Below, piece after piece: positions 54,945 to 64,000 of a stretch of DNA of 64,000 bases; position 1 is the first letter of the stretch, and each line of letters starts with the position of its first letter. The stretch covers positions 8,000,001 to 8,064,000 of the forward strand of contig OZ244999.1 of the NCBI GenBank assembly GCA_965223265.1, in the 5' to 3' direction. This stretch comes from Planctomycetota bacterium. Lineage in GTDB: Bacteria; Planctomycetota; UBA8108; SXIK01. Below the pieces are notes generated by a model. That model made no database searches and had not been told where the DNA came from. It worked only from the letters and a program-made list of their open reading frames with translations. Position numbers and translations under genes: made by a program.

Positions 54945-57380
54945 TCATCTCCCTCGGAGCTTGACGACCACCTCGACGGTCTTGCCATCTCGCCGCAGCT
55001 TGATGATCACCTCGTCTCCGGGAGAATGCTGCCGTAGTAGCTCGGTCCAGTGACTGACGCTGTCGATCTCGGTGTCTCCCCAGCGCAGGAGGACATCGCC
55101 CGCTTTGACGCCTGCGGCGGCCGCCGGCGACCCCTTGCGGATGTCCTCGAAACGTACACCGCGTTCTGAGAACGCATAGTCTGGCACCGACCCGAAGACG
55201 ACACGGAAGCCACCGGCCCGGGGGCGCGGAAACTCCACCCGCAGAGTCTCGATTTTGCCGTCGCGGCGCACTTCGAGTGCCACCTCGCTGCCGGCCTCTG
55301 CAGCTTGGACGGCTTCGACGAGCTGCGTGAAGTTGCTGATCGGTTCATTCCCGAAGCGGACGATCACATCGCCGGCCAACACGTTTCCTTTAGCGGCGGG
55401 TGATTCCGGCTCGACGTCGGTGACGCGGGCGCCTGGCTCGCTGAACTCCGAGTCGATGTGGACGCCGAGCTTCGGGCGGCCGCCGCCGTGGCCCGCCAGC
55501 GAAGTCGTTTCCTCGTTGAAACTGGGTGCCGACGGCATGGTCCGGACACGCTCAAGCACCGTCCCAATGACGTTGACGATTTGCTCGAGCGCCGGCAGGT
55601 TGAGCCGATCGACGTCATCTTCCGGCGTGTTGTAGTCGGCATGAATCCCTGTGAAAAAGAAGAGCGCCGGGATCTCGCGGCGCAGGAAGTGGGCATGGTC
55701 CGAGCCGCCGCCGCCAGGACCGCGGGTGCGATTGAGCTCGACCCCGCCACTTCCCTTGGCGACTTCGTCAAGCAGCTGTAGCAGCTCCGGGGAGCTGTCG
55801 CTGCCGATCACGTTGAGCACGGTGTTCTTCTTGGCACGGCCGATCATGTCGAGGTTGAGCATGGCAACGACCTCGTGGAGCAGAGCGGAACCGGCGATCT
55901 GCTCCACGCCGGTAGGTGCTACCCAGGTGCGATCGCCCGCTGGAGTCTCGACCTCGAGAAAGCCGTGATGCGTCCCACCGGTGGCGGTGACGCTGGTGCC
56001 CGCGGGGACGAGCTGCGTGCCATCGGCACCGGCGGCAGCGAACGGATCACGGGGGACGGCTTCGCTCAGGCGGAGGAGCCGCGGGGTACGCACCCAGTGG
56101 CGACTTCCCAGCAGGCCGATCTCCTCGCCGGAGAACAGGACGAAGATCACGGCTCGGCGCCCTTCCTCCGGGGTCGAGGCGGCGTCGGTCGCGTGCGCCA
56201 TCCTGGCCAGCTCCAGGACCCCGGCGACGCCGCTGGCGTTATCGTCGGCGCCATTATGGATTTTTCCCACGTTCTCCGGCTTGACCTGATCGCCAAAGCG
56301 GCCGATGTGGTCGTAGTGTCCACCAACGACGACGGTCTCCTTCCCGAGCGCGCCGCTCCCAGGCAGCTTGGCGGCGACGTTGCGCAGGAGGGCGTAGCCG
56401 AGTCGGGTCTCAAACTTTAGTCGCGTCTTGGGGATTTCGAAGCTGGCTGGCTTGAGCTCGTTCTCGATGGACTGCACGACCTCCGCGAGGCTGCGTCCGG
56501 CGCGACGAAGGACTGCGTCGACGACGTCGGCTCGCGCGATGAGTGCTGGTAGGGTGGGGTGCCGCGGCGCGGCGCGGCGCGCGAAACCTTGGAGATTGCG
56601 CACGCTCGCGACTTCGCTGCGCGCCAGGTTTGAGTCGGGAGGGGTGACGAAGACCACCCCGGCGGCGCCGTGCTTGCGGGCGTTTCGCAGCTTGCTGAGA
56701 AAGGGCGCGTGTGGGCTCCCGCGGCCGCCGAAAGGATCAACCCCGCTGCCCGCGCCGGGCACGAAGCGCAGGACGATGACGATCTTGCCGGTGACGTCGA
56801 TGCCGCTATAGTCATCGTAGGCGAGCCCTTCGTCGCGCTCATCTTCCGACGTGGTGATGCCGTAGCCGGCGAAGACCAGGGGCGCTTCGACAACGCGCGC
56901 GTCGCCGTAGGCGAGCGGCATGGCGTCGATCCACGGCGCCCACGTTGTCTCGCCCTGCTCGTCGCTGAGCTTGGCCCCGAGCTGGCGACCGAAGTCGGCG
57001 CCGAACGGCGCGGTGAAGTATTGAAAGAAGCTGCCGTGATCGCCGGCTGGCTCAAGTCCCATGGCCGCGAGCTCCGTCGCCAAGTATTCCGCCGCGATCT
57101 CTAGGCCGGGTTCGCCGCTGTCGCGACCACCGAGGGCGTCGCTGGCAAGGAATGAGACGTGCTCGTGAAGGCGCGCCCGGTTTGCCTGTGCGGCCGGTGC
57201 TGCAGCGTTTTCGGGCGCCGCGAAAACGCTCCCGCGCAAGGCAACCGGGAGTTGTGGCAGCTGTGCCGCGATCGTCAGCGCACAGGCTAGAGCAGCGAGG
57301 GCGGCGCCGGGAGCGCGACGCAGCCGCTGGCGCACGGACTGGTGAGGCTGATCGTGTAGGCTTGGCTGATAATGTGGCAT
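54945..57380 (-). CDS. M28 family aminopeptidase with PA domain and two PDZ domains
   Basis: LASDALGGR, LVFAGYGI (PA), GGHYDH, GADDNASG, GEEIGLLGS, NLDMIGR, SDHAHF, two C-terminal PDZ. Start uncertain. Confidence 0.9.
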   Translation of the reverse strand: MPHYQPSLHDQPHQSVRQRLRRAPGAALAALACALTIAAQLPQLPVALRGSVFAAPENAAAPAAQANRARLHEHVSFLASDALGGRDSGEPGLEIAAEYLATELAAMGLEPAGDHGSFFQYFTAPFGADFGRQLGAKLSDEQGETTWAPWIDAMPLAYGDARVVEAPLVFAGYGITTSEDERDEGLAYDDYSGIDVTGKIVIVLRFVPGAGSGVDPFGGRGSPHAPFLSKLRNARKHGAAGVVFVTPPDSNLARSEVASVRNLQGFARRAAPRHPTLPALIARADVVDAVLRRAGRSLAEVVQSIENELKPASFEIPKTRLKFETRLGYALLRNVAAKLPGSGALGKETVVVGGHYDHIGRFGDQVKPENVGKIHNGADDNASGVAGVLELARMAHATDAASTPEEGRRAVIFVLFSGEEIGLLGSRHWVRTPRLLRLSEAVPRDPFAAAGADGTQLVPAGTSVTATGGTHHGFLEVETPAGDRTWVAPTGVEQIAGSALLHEVVAMLNLDMIGRAKKNTVLNVIGSDSSPELLQLLDEVAKGSGGVELNRTRGPGGGGSDHAHFLRREIPALFFFTGIHADYNTPEDDVDRLNLPALEQIVNVIGTVLERVRTMPSAPSFNEETTSLAGHGGGRPKLGVHIDSEFSEPGARVTDVEPESPAAKGNVLAGDVIVRFGNEPISNFTQLVEAVQAAEAGSEVALEVRRDGKIETLRVEFPRPRAGGFRVVFGSVPDYAFSERGVRFEDIRKGSPAAAAGVKAGDVLLRWGDTEIDSVSHWTELLRQHSPGDEVIIKLRRDGKTVEVVVKLRGR

Positions 57381-57608
57381 GCAACTCTCCGAGCTGTTCT
57401 TCCCGCCGTTTGAATCGGCACTCGCCGGCGATGGCGAGGTGATCATGAAAGCGAAAAACGCTGGTGGGTCTCCAGGCGGGCCCGGCGTCAACGCCTGCTT
57501 CGCCGCTTGTTTTATGGTACCTGAAATCTTCTGTTTTATCCTACCGGGGCCGGGCGACCGAAGGTCGAGACCCAGCCGGTATCAAGCCCTGGGCGCGACG
57601 CTGTTTCG

Positions 57609-58601
57609 TCATGTCGCGCTGGGCTCGGGCACGACGATAGCGAACCTCGACGGCAGCACCTCGACCCTGAAATGATCGGCACTGAGCCAGACATCACCGT
57701 CCACGAGAAGGGGTGCCGGGCGGTCGAGTCGCAGCTGTACGGGGCCGTGGGTTTGATGGTAGGCGATCTCCGGACGATCCAGATGCTCACCGCGCGATAT
57801 GGCCCGAAAGACCGCGAGAAAGGAATCCGCGTCCGCACGCACATAGCAGATGTCGGCTTTTCCGTCGTCGAGCCGTGCTCCTGGGCAGGGAAAGAATTTG
57901 CCGCCGAGTGAGCGCTCGTTACCGACGAATGCGGCGACGATGTTCTCGTCGCTCGAGGCCCCGCCGGGCAGCTCGAGGCGCAGTCGGAGCGTGGCGCGCC
58001 GCAGCCCTTCCGGCCGCCGGAGCGTCGTCAGTCCTCGCGCCGCCAGCAGCCGATAGATCTGGGGGCCGAGCGGTTTGAGAATGGGACGAAGCCAGCGCCG
58101 CCGGCGGAGCCGGTCGTACTGCGCGGCGATCTCCGTTGCGAATCCGAGCGTCGCCGATTGCACCGACAGCCGCGTCGCCTGTCCGTTCGCCCCCGGTGCG
58201 GAGAAAAGGAGAGCGTCGATACGGCGGAGGCGCTCGCCGTGGAGGGCCAGGTGGAACGCCGCCGCGGGCTCGAGCGGCAGGGAGAGCCCGCGGCAAAGGT
58301 TGTTACCGGTGCCTGCGGGAACGATCCCCACCGGGCAGTCGGTGGCGCTGCGGCCCAGTCGATGGAGCCACTCGAAGGCCGCATTGACGCTGCCGTCGCC
58401 GCCAATGACGATCACCCGGTCGGGGGCGGCGATCGAATCGATGCCCATGCCCGCATCGCCACTGCGGAAATCAAGCGCGACCCAGTCGAGCTCCGGGCTC
58501 GGCGAGCGAGCGCTTGGACTCGGCAGCGGCAGCCGGCGAAGCGCGGCAGCAACGCGGCCTCCTTGGCGAGAACTCGGATTGTAGAGTACGGCGTAGCGCA
58601 T
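57609..58601 (-). CDS. Diacylglycerol/lipid kinase family protein
   Basis: YNPSS, GGDGS, PAGTGNN, GN...GG, DDG, VDGD. Confidence 0.85.
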   Translation of the reverse strand: MRYAVLYNPSSRQGGRVAAALRRLPLPSPSARSPSPELDWVALDFRSGDAGMGIDSIAAPDRVIVIGGDGSVNAAFEWLHRLGRSATDCPVGIVPAGTGNNLCRGLSLPLEPAAAFHLALHGERLRRIDALLFSAPGANGQATRLSVQSATLGFATEIAAQYDRLRRRRWLRPILKPLGPQIYRLLAARGLTTLRRPEGLRRATLRLRLELPGGASSDENIVAAFVGNERSLGGKFFPCPGARLDDGKADICYVRADADSFLAVFRAISRGEHLDRPEIAYHQTHGPVQLRLDRPAPLLVDGDVWLSADHFRVEVLPSRFAIVVPEPSAT

Positions 58602-58833
58602 CGATTTTGGCGGTCTCCTTTTCTCTTCAGCGCGGATCGTTGCCGCCGGTCGACACTGACCGCGACCAAGGATGACCGCGGTGGTACGGGCCACTCGCAG
58701 GCCGCGTGACTCCCCAACCGCGAGGAAGGTGGGCGTGTCTCCCCGCTGCTTGACTCATTCTGCACTCCTCCTGTGAATTCTGCTCGCCCGACCCCGGCAA
58801 AGCTCGTGCGTCGTCCGCTGATTCTCCTGTTCC

Positions 58834-58861
58834 TTGACCGCCCCCCGGCCGCTACTATAAT
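58834..58861 (+). promoter_or_regulatory. Near-consensus sigma70 promoter
   Basis: TTGACC-N16-TATAAT. Confidence 0.65.
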
Positions 58862-58865
58862 CCGG

Positions 58866-58994
58866 GCGGTAGTTGATCCTTCCTTTCAAGATTCCGCCGT
58901 GCTTTGAAGCCGGCCAGGAGACCAAGCTCACTTTGGGCCGACGCCGACACGCGACTCAAGCGACCTCCAAGCCAAAGTCTTCAGACGGGGCCGC
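58866..58994 (+). ncRNA. Candidate structured ncRNA or 5' leader
   Basis: Begins right after the promoter. Nested pairings: GCGGT/GCCGC, CCGT/ACGG, TGAAG/CTTCA, GGC/GCC, GGAG/CTCC. No family recognised. Confidence 0.3.
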
Positions 58995-58995
58995 G

Positions 58996-59985
58996 GTGTC
59001 CGGGAGCACCGACGAAAGTGAGGAGAGATCGAGCGACGGTGCGCACGTCATTGCGTCGGCTCGTTCCGCGCCGCGGCTTTGGCCCTTGGCGGTTGTGCTT
59101 CTGATCCAGGCGAGCTACATCGCGCTGATCTACTTCGTTTCGGGGGTCTACGCCTCACCCGGCCATTTGGAGGCGCAGGATGCGGTGGCGCTGCCGCAGC
59201 AGACAGCCGAGCTGTCGGTGCGTATCCATCGACAGCGTGCGGCGCTGGTGAGCACGCGGGCAAGTCGAGACGTCGCGAGCGTCGAGCTGAGGATCGCCGG
59301 CCCGCGGCCGGCGGCCCATGACCTCCCAACCGACCACGACCACCCCTCGGCGCACGACGACGAGGCTCACGGCGAAGCAACCCGCGGCGCGCACGATTCT
59401 GGGATTGAGGACGGTGCGGCGCGCGACGCCAACGGCGGCAGTCCGAGCTTGGCAGCCGTCGCCTCCACGGACGCTGACGGTGTCGCTACCTGGTCGATTC
59501 AGGCGCCGTCGACTCCGGGGGTCTATGCTTTTGATGTCGCAGCGTCGCCCGGTGGTCCTGCTCCAGCGACGCTCCTCCTGGCGGTGACGGCGGCGGACAA
59601 CCCACCGCTCCTTGTCAGTGTGGAGGCTCTCGACCCGCGCCTCTCGCCGGCGCCGCTGCTCAACGTCACGAATCCTGTGGTACTTTACTTTCGCCGCGGT
59701 GTCGGTGAGTGGCGTCCGAGGCGTCCGCAGTTCGCCGCCCTCGGGCCGCGGCCGATGGTCGCGTGGCCCGCCGATGAGAGTGAGCTGCGGGAAGCAGCGA
59801 CGCGCTTCGCCGGTAGGTTCCAGCAGCCGGTCTGGGCCGTGAGCGCGAACGTTGCGGAGGCGCAGAGGCTGAAGCTTGCGGGCATCCAGGTGGTGCTCCT
59901 GGGCGTCGCGGCACCCGGCACCGGGATCGAGAGCGTGCCTTCGTGGGAAGCGGTGGTCGACCGCGTCCAGTCGCGTCAGCGCTGA
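58996..59985 (+). CDS. Hypothetical membrane-anchored protein (Ig-like module plus possible degenerate HAD-like domain)
   Basis: TM helix WPLAVVLLIQASYIALIYF; TDADGVATW...PGVY Ig-like pattern. Start uncertain. Confidence 0.55.
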   Translation: MSGSTDESEERSSDGAHVIASARSAPRLWPLAVVLLIQASYIALIYFVSGVYASPGHLEAQDAVALPQQTAELSVRIHRQRAALVSTRASRDVASVELRIAGPRPAAHDLPTDHDHPSAHDDEAHGEATRGAHDSGIEDGAARDANGGSPSLAAVASTDADGVATWSIQAPSTPGVYAFDVAASPGGPAPATLLLAVTAADNPPLLVSVEALDPRLSPAPLLNVTNPVVLYFRRGVGEWRPRRPQFAALGPRPMVAWPADESELREAATRFAGRFQQPVWAVSANVAEAQRLKLAGIQVVLLGVAAPGTGIESVPSWEAVVDRVQSRQR

Positions 59986-60034
59986 GAGCTTGGTGACGAC
60001 CACCCGAAGCGCCACGCAGGGCTGGTGCGTTGTT

Positions 60035-60619
60035 TCACGATGGGGCGTTTTCGACGTCTGATTCTTCGGGCTCGATCGGCGTGATCGCGAAGGCGACACC
60101 ACTGCGCACGAGAATTGCAGCGACGATCTCCGCGACCGTCGCGGCGATATTGGTGCAAAAGCGTTGGCGCTCGATGCTGGCGAAGTCGCCGAACGGCTCC
60201 GTCAGAGTGTTGCAGATCGTGCATCCGCCCTCGCCGCCGGGGCCGCGGTCGACACGTTCCTGCCAGGCGCGCCGATAGTGGCCCGCTGCCGCGCGCAGCG
60301 CCGGGGTGACGCCCGCGGTCGGATCGGGGTCGCCGAGGAGCTCCCCCAGCACGAGCTCGCCTGCTTTGATCGCGCCGCATTCACCTTCGCCCGTAATGCC
60401 GCCGCGGCGTAGCGACTGATAGGGCGGCGACGGCAAGTTGAAGGTCTCGGCCAGAGCGATGCCGCAGCTTCGGTGCGGCGTCACGCGCCCTTCGTAGAGA
60501 ACGAACGCTTTGTCGCGAGCCGCCGCCACGAGAGACTTCTCTGCGGCGCTGAGTGGGCGCTCGAGGTCGGCAGCGTTCGACGCAGGTGGAGGCGGTGGAC
60601 TGTCGGGCGAGTTTGGCAT
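60035..60619 (-). CDS. C-GCAxxG-C-C family putative redox-active protein
   Basis: HRSCG, GGITGEGECGAIKAG, TICNTLT, FCTNI. Confidence 0.8.
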   Translation of the reverse strand: MPNSPDSPPPPPASNAADLERPLSAAEKSLVAAARDKAFVLYEGRVTPHRSCGIALAETFNLPSPPYQSLRRGGITGEGECGAIKAGELVLGELLGDPDPTAGVTPALRAAAGHYRRAWQERVDRGPGGEGGCTICNTLTEPFGDFASIERQRFCTNIAATVAEIVAAILVRSGVAFAITPIEPEESDVENAPS

Positions 60620-60861
60620 GTATTTGGTGTTTCGGATCGAGACGACGGCAGAAACGACGCCTTTGGCGCCGGACATTCTTCGCGTGGCCGTCGGTTGAAT
60701 GATACCGTCGAGGGGAGCTACGTCACGGATCGGAGCAGGTTATCACAACGTCTTGGAGCACCATAGCCTCCTTGCCTGAACTCGTCCGCGCGTGTTCCAA
60801 TGCGGCGGCACTTGGACCCCAGAATCCACCGAGTCTTGCCTTTTAGGGTCGTTGAGCATCG

Positions 60862-62061
60862 ATGAGATTTGTCACCGCCACCACAACATCCGACGTTCCA
60901 GCACAAGCTGCGCGGGAGCTCGTTGACGGAGTTCAGGCTGAGCTTGGGTCTGCGACGCGGGACCTCGCGTGTCTGTTCATGACACCGCACTACGCGCACG
61001 AGCTCGAGGAGATGGTGGAGTCGCTCCATCGCGATCTGGCACCTGAACATCTGGTCGGCTGCACCGCTGAAAGCGTCATTGGCGGCGGCGAGGAATTTGA
61101 GCGCGGACCCGCGGCGACGCTCTGGGTCGCTTCGCTTCCGGGCATCGAGGTCGAGACGACGCATATCCGTTTCGAGCAGACGCTCGATGGATACCTTTTC
61201 GCAGCGCAGCCGCAGTTTCCTCCGGACGCGCGCGGTCTCGTCCTATTTTGTGAGCCGCATTCGTTTCCGGCACATCTGTTTCTCAAGCAGCTCGCTGAGT
61301 CGCACCAGGAACTGCCGGTGGTTGGGGGCATGGCCAGCGGATCGCGCTCGCCGGGCGAGAATCGCCTCTTCCACGGCGGTCGCGTGCACGTCCATGGCGC
61401 CGTTGCCGCGCGCCTCTCGGGGCCGATTTGTGTACGGCCTGTCGTCTCGCAGGGGTGCCGACCCATCGGCAAGACGTGCGTGGTCACCAAGGCGGACGAC
61501 AACGTCATCTTCGAGCTTGGTGGCCGTCCGGCTCTCGAGCAACTGATGGAGATCGTTCGAGGCCTGCCGTCGCACGAGCAGACGCTCGTTGAGCAAGGGC
61601 TCCACATCGGCATCGCGGTCGACGCAGGAAAGAACGAGCAACGCCGCGGCGACTTCTTGGTGCGGGCGGTCGTCGGCATCGACCGTGACCGCGGGGCGGT
61701 CGCGATTGGCGATCACGTCCGTCCCGGGCAGACGGTTCAGTTTCACATTCGTGACGCCGAGTCGGCGAGTGAGGATCTGAGAGAGCTCCTCGACGTGGCA
61801 CGCGCCGAGGGTGCTGCGCCGCGCGGGGCGCTTCTCTTCACCTGTAACGGCCGTGGTCGGCGCCTCTTCGACGAAGAACATCACGATGCTTCCCGGGTCT
61901 TTCGCGGCTTCTCTCAGGTGCCGCTCGGGGGTTTTTTCGCAGCCGGTGAACTCGGCCCCATCGGCAGCCGGAACTTTGTGCACGGGTTCACTGCCAGCAT
62001 TGCGCTTTTCGAGCACCAGCAGGAACGCCAGGACCACCGGCGAGACAGGATGCGACCGTAA
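60862..62061 (+). CDS. FIST signal-transduction domain protein
   Basis: VGCTAESVIG, GGMASG, VSQGCRPIG, GQTVQFHIRD, FTCNGRG, GFFAAGELGP, HGFT. Confidence 0.92.
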   Translation: MRFVTATTTSDVPAQAARELVDGVQAELGSATRDLACLFMTPHYAHELEEMVESLHRDLAPEHLVGCTAESVIGGGEEFERGPAATLWVASLPGIEVETTHIRFEQTLDGYLFAAQPQFPPDARGLVLFCEPHSFPAHLFLKQLAESHQELPVVGGMASGSRSPGENRLFHGGRVHVHGAVAARLSGPICVRPVVSQGCRPIGKTCVVTKADDNVIFELGGRPALEQLMEIVRGLPSHEQTLVEQGLHIGIAVDAGKNEQRRGDFLVRAVVGIDRDRGAVAIGDHVRPGQTVQFHIRDAESASEDLRELLDVARAEGAAPRGALLFTCNGRGRRLFDEEHHDASRVFRGFSQVPLGGFFAAGELGPIGSRNFVHGFTASIALFEHQQERQDHRRDRMRP

Positions 62062-62227
62062 TGCTTCCAGGCCGTACGCTTTTGTTTCACCCATCCATCG
62101 CGCTCTGATTGAGCTTGGCGCTTCGAGCGAGGCGCATCACCCTCATCGGAATGTTTCAGTTTCTGTCTCTGTCTCTGTCTCCTTCATAGACTCCGCGAAT
62201 TCTTGGAATCAGGTCATGCTGCCGCGA

Positions 62228-63421
62228 ATGAACTCTCGTCTTGAACCCACCGGCCGGCTTCTTCTGGGCCCCGGTCCGTCCAGCGTTCACCCCCGTGTCT
62301 ACGAAGCGCTCGCCAAGCCGCTGGTCGGCCACCTCGATCCGCAGTTTTTGGCGCTCATGGACGAGACGCAAAACATGCTGCGCCATCTCTTTCAGGCGAC
62401 TCACCCACTAACGATCTCGGTGCCGGGAACTGGCAGCTGCGGCATGGAAGCGGCGTTCGTCAACTTCGTCGAGCCCGGTGACGAGGTACTCGTCTGCGTC
62501 AACGGAGTCTTTGGCGGGCGCATGAGCGACCTCGTCGAGCGCCTCGGGGCGCGACTGCACCGCATTGAGCGGCCGTGGGGCGAGGTGTTCGAGGCCCAAG
62601 AGATCGCCGACGCCCTCAAACGCCACCCCGACACTCGTTTCGTCGCGATCGTTCACGCCGAGACGTCAACCGGCGCTCACCAACCGCTCGCCGAGATCGG
62701 GCAGCTGTGCCGCGATCAGGACAAGCTCTTCATTGTCGACGCAGTGACATCGCTGGCCGGTGAGGAGCTTGAAGTCGACGCCTGGAACATCGACGTCTGC
62801 TACAGCGGCACGCAAAAGTGCCTCAGCTGCCCGCCCGGGCTGGCGCCGCTGACCGTCGGTCCGCGTGCGCTTGAGAAGCTCGAGAAGCGTGCCAGCAAAG
62901 TCCCGAGCTGGTACCTCGATCTTGGGATGATTGTGCGCTACTGGACGGAAGGGGAGCGCGTCTATCACCACACTGCACCCATTTCGATGAACTACGCACT
63001 CCACCAGGCACTGACGCTGGTCCTTGAGGAGGGTTTGCCAGCGCGCGTAGCGCGTCACCGCCTCAACTCGCGGGCGCTTGTCGCCGGTCTCGAGGCGCTT
63101 GAGTTTCGGCTGTTCGCGCAGCCCGGTCACCGTCTGCCGATGCTGAACTCGGTGTGGATACCGGACGGTGTCGACGATGCCGCATTGCGCCGGCGGCTGC
63201 TGGAGAGCTACAACATCGAGGTCGGCGCCGGCCTTGGTGAGCTGGCCGGAAAGATTTGGCGCATCGGGCTCATGGGGGAGTCGAGCCGCCGCACGTCGGT
63301 GTTCACGTTCCTCGCCGCGCTCGAAGCGTGTCTCGCCGATGCGGGAGGCGCCGGTGCGGTCGGTCGCGGCATCGACGCTGCAGCTTCGGTGTATCGTCAA
63401 GCCGAGGCGGCGGAGCGCTGA
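62228..63421 (+). CDS. Alanine-glyoxylate / serine-pyruvate aminotransferase (class V PLP enzyme)
   Basis: LLLGPGPS, GTGSCGME, VHAETSTG, DAVTS, YSGTQKCLSCPPG, YHHTAP, WRIGLMG. Confidence 0.93.
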   Translation: MNSRLEPTGRLLLGPGPSSVHPRVYEALAKPLVGHLDPQFLALMDETQNMLRHLFQATHPLTISVPGTGSCGMEAAFVNFVEPGDEVLVCVNGVFGGRMSDLVERLGARLHRIERPWGEVFEAQEIADALKRHPDTRFVAIVHAETSTGAHQPLAEIGQLCRDQDKLFIVDAVTSLAGEELEVDAWNIDVCYSGTQKCLSCPPGLAPLTVGPRALEKLEKRASKVPSWYLDLGMIVRYWTEGERVYHHTAPISMNYALHQALTLVLEEGLPARVARHRLNSRALVAGLEALEFRLFAQPGHRLPMLNSVWIPDGVDDAALRRRLLESYNIEVGAGLGELAGKIWRIGLMGESSRRTSVFTFLAALEACLADAGGAGAVGRGIDAAASVYRQAEAAER

Positions 63422-63549
63422 CGCTCGCTGGCACTGTTTCTGCACCATTTTTCGTCGCGCTCGGTTAAACTGAGTTCCCCATGGCCGCCGGAAGCCTCGT
63501 CAGCGGGCGACTGGTCTCGGGCGGCGGGAAACGAAAGGAGATGAGCGAA

Positions 63550-64000
63550 ATGATGCAAACAACCCTGGTTCGCAGCTCGCTGCCGCTGGTGGCTGCGGCG
63601 CTGCTCGCAACCGTACCGATCGCCGCGGCCGACGCCGACGGTTCGAAGAAGGGGGCCAAGTCGGTGCACGCCTTCACTGTCAAGACCATCGACGACATTG
63701 ACTACAGCCTCAAGAAGCTGCAGGGAAAGGTGCTGGTCATCGTCAACGTCGCCAGCAAGTGAGGCCTCACGGACAAACAGTACTCGAGTCTCGAGTCACT
63801 CTACCGCAAGTACAAAGATCAGGGCCTTGAGGTGCTCGCCTTTCCTGCCAACAACTTCGGTGCGCAGGAACCCGGCACGAATCTGCAGATCAAGTCGTTT
63901 TGCGCCGGCAAGGGCGTCAGTTTTCCGCTGTTCGCCAAGATTTCTGTCAAGGGAGGCGACCAGCATCCCCTCTACAAGTACCTGACGGACAAGAAGCGCG
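63550..64000 (+). CDS. Selenocysteine-containing glutathione peroxidase (3'-truncated by the window edge); in-frame TGA at 63760-63762
   Basis: [22 protein letters not shown]...[17 protein letters not shown]...[11 protein letters not shown]...HPLYKYLT. The TGA sits exactly at the catalytic C/U of NVASxCG, and the frame stays open to the window end. Confidence 0.9.
63779..63800 (+). promoter_or_regulatory. Candidate bacterial SECIS hairpin
   Basis: AGT-ACTCGA-GTC-TCGAGT-C-ACT: stem with a one-base bulge and a G-initiated apical loop 25 nt after the TGA. Confidence 0.6.

Noticed and set aside
62155-62181. Short (TCTCTG)n microsatellite and the long N-terminal extension of ORF 61811
   Set aside because: It has only about 3 units and lies upstream of the likely start at 62216/62228, so there is no support for phase variation.
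63481-63762. 93-aa ORF or GPx pseudogene call
   Set aside because: The stop is TGA at the catalytic residue with intact downstream coding and a hairpin. Selenocysteine recoding explains it better.

Overview
GC-rich bacterial chromosomal window. It is probably from a Planctomycetota or other PVC-group organism; this is inferred from the lamin-tail/CotH and FG-GAP proteins with C-terminal dockerin-like modules. It holds about 42 CDSs, and I see no clear rRNA, tRNA, CRISPR-Cas or mobile element. The main feature is a chromosome-partition locus. By manual count, 26 parS palindromes (core GTTCCACGTGGAAC) sit in about 1.1 kb (50081-51199), separated by about six recurring spacer types arranged as higher-order repeats, directly upstream of parA-parB. 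The ParA lacks both conserved nucleoid-binding arginines (B. subtilis Soj R189 is E here and R218 is V), which suggests a non-canonical segregation system. Other highlights: a selenocysteine (TGA) glutathione peroxidase with a SECIS-like hairpin that the ORF track splits; a full-length hybrid histidine kinase with degenerate catalytic and phospho-acceptor sites; a 1128-aa LptC/LptA-like protein; a MoaD with a C-terminal extension after GG, next to a tandem-domain ModA transporter; three secreted proteins sharing a dockerin-like tail; and a candidate structured ncRNA/leader behind a near-consensus sigma70 promoter. All calls come from reading motifs by eye; no database searches were run.
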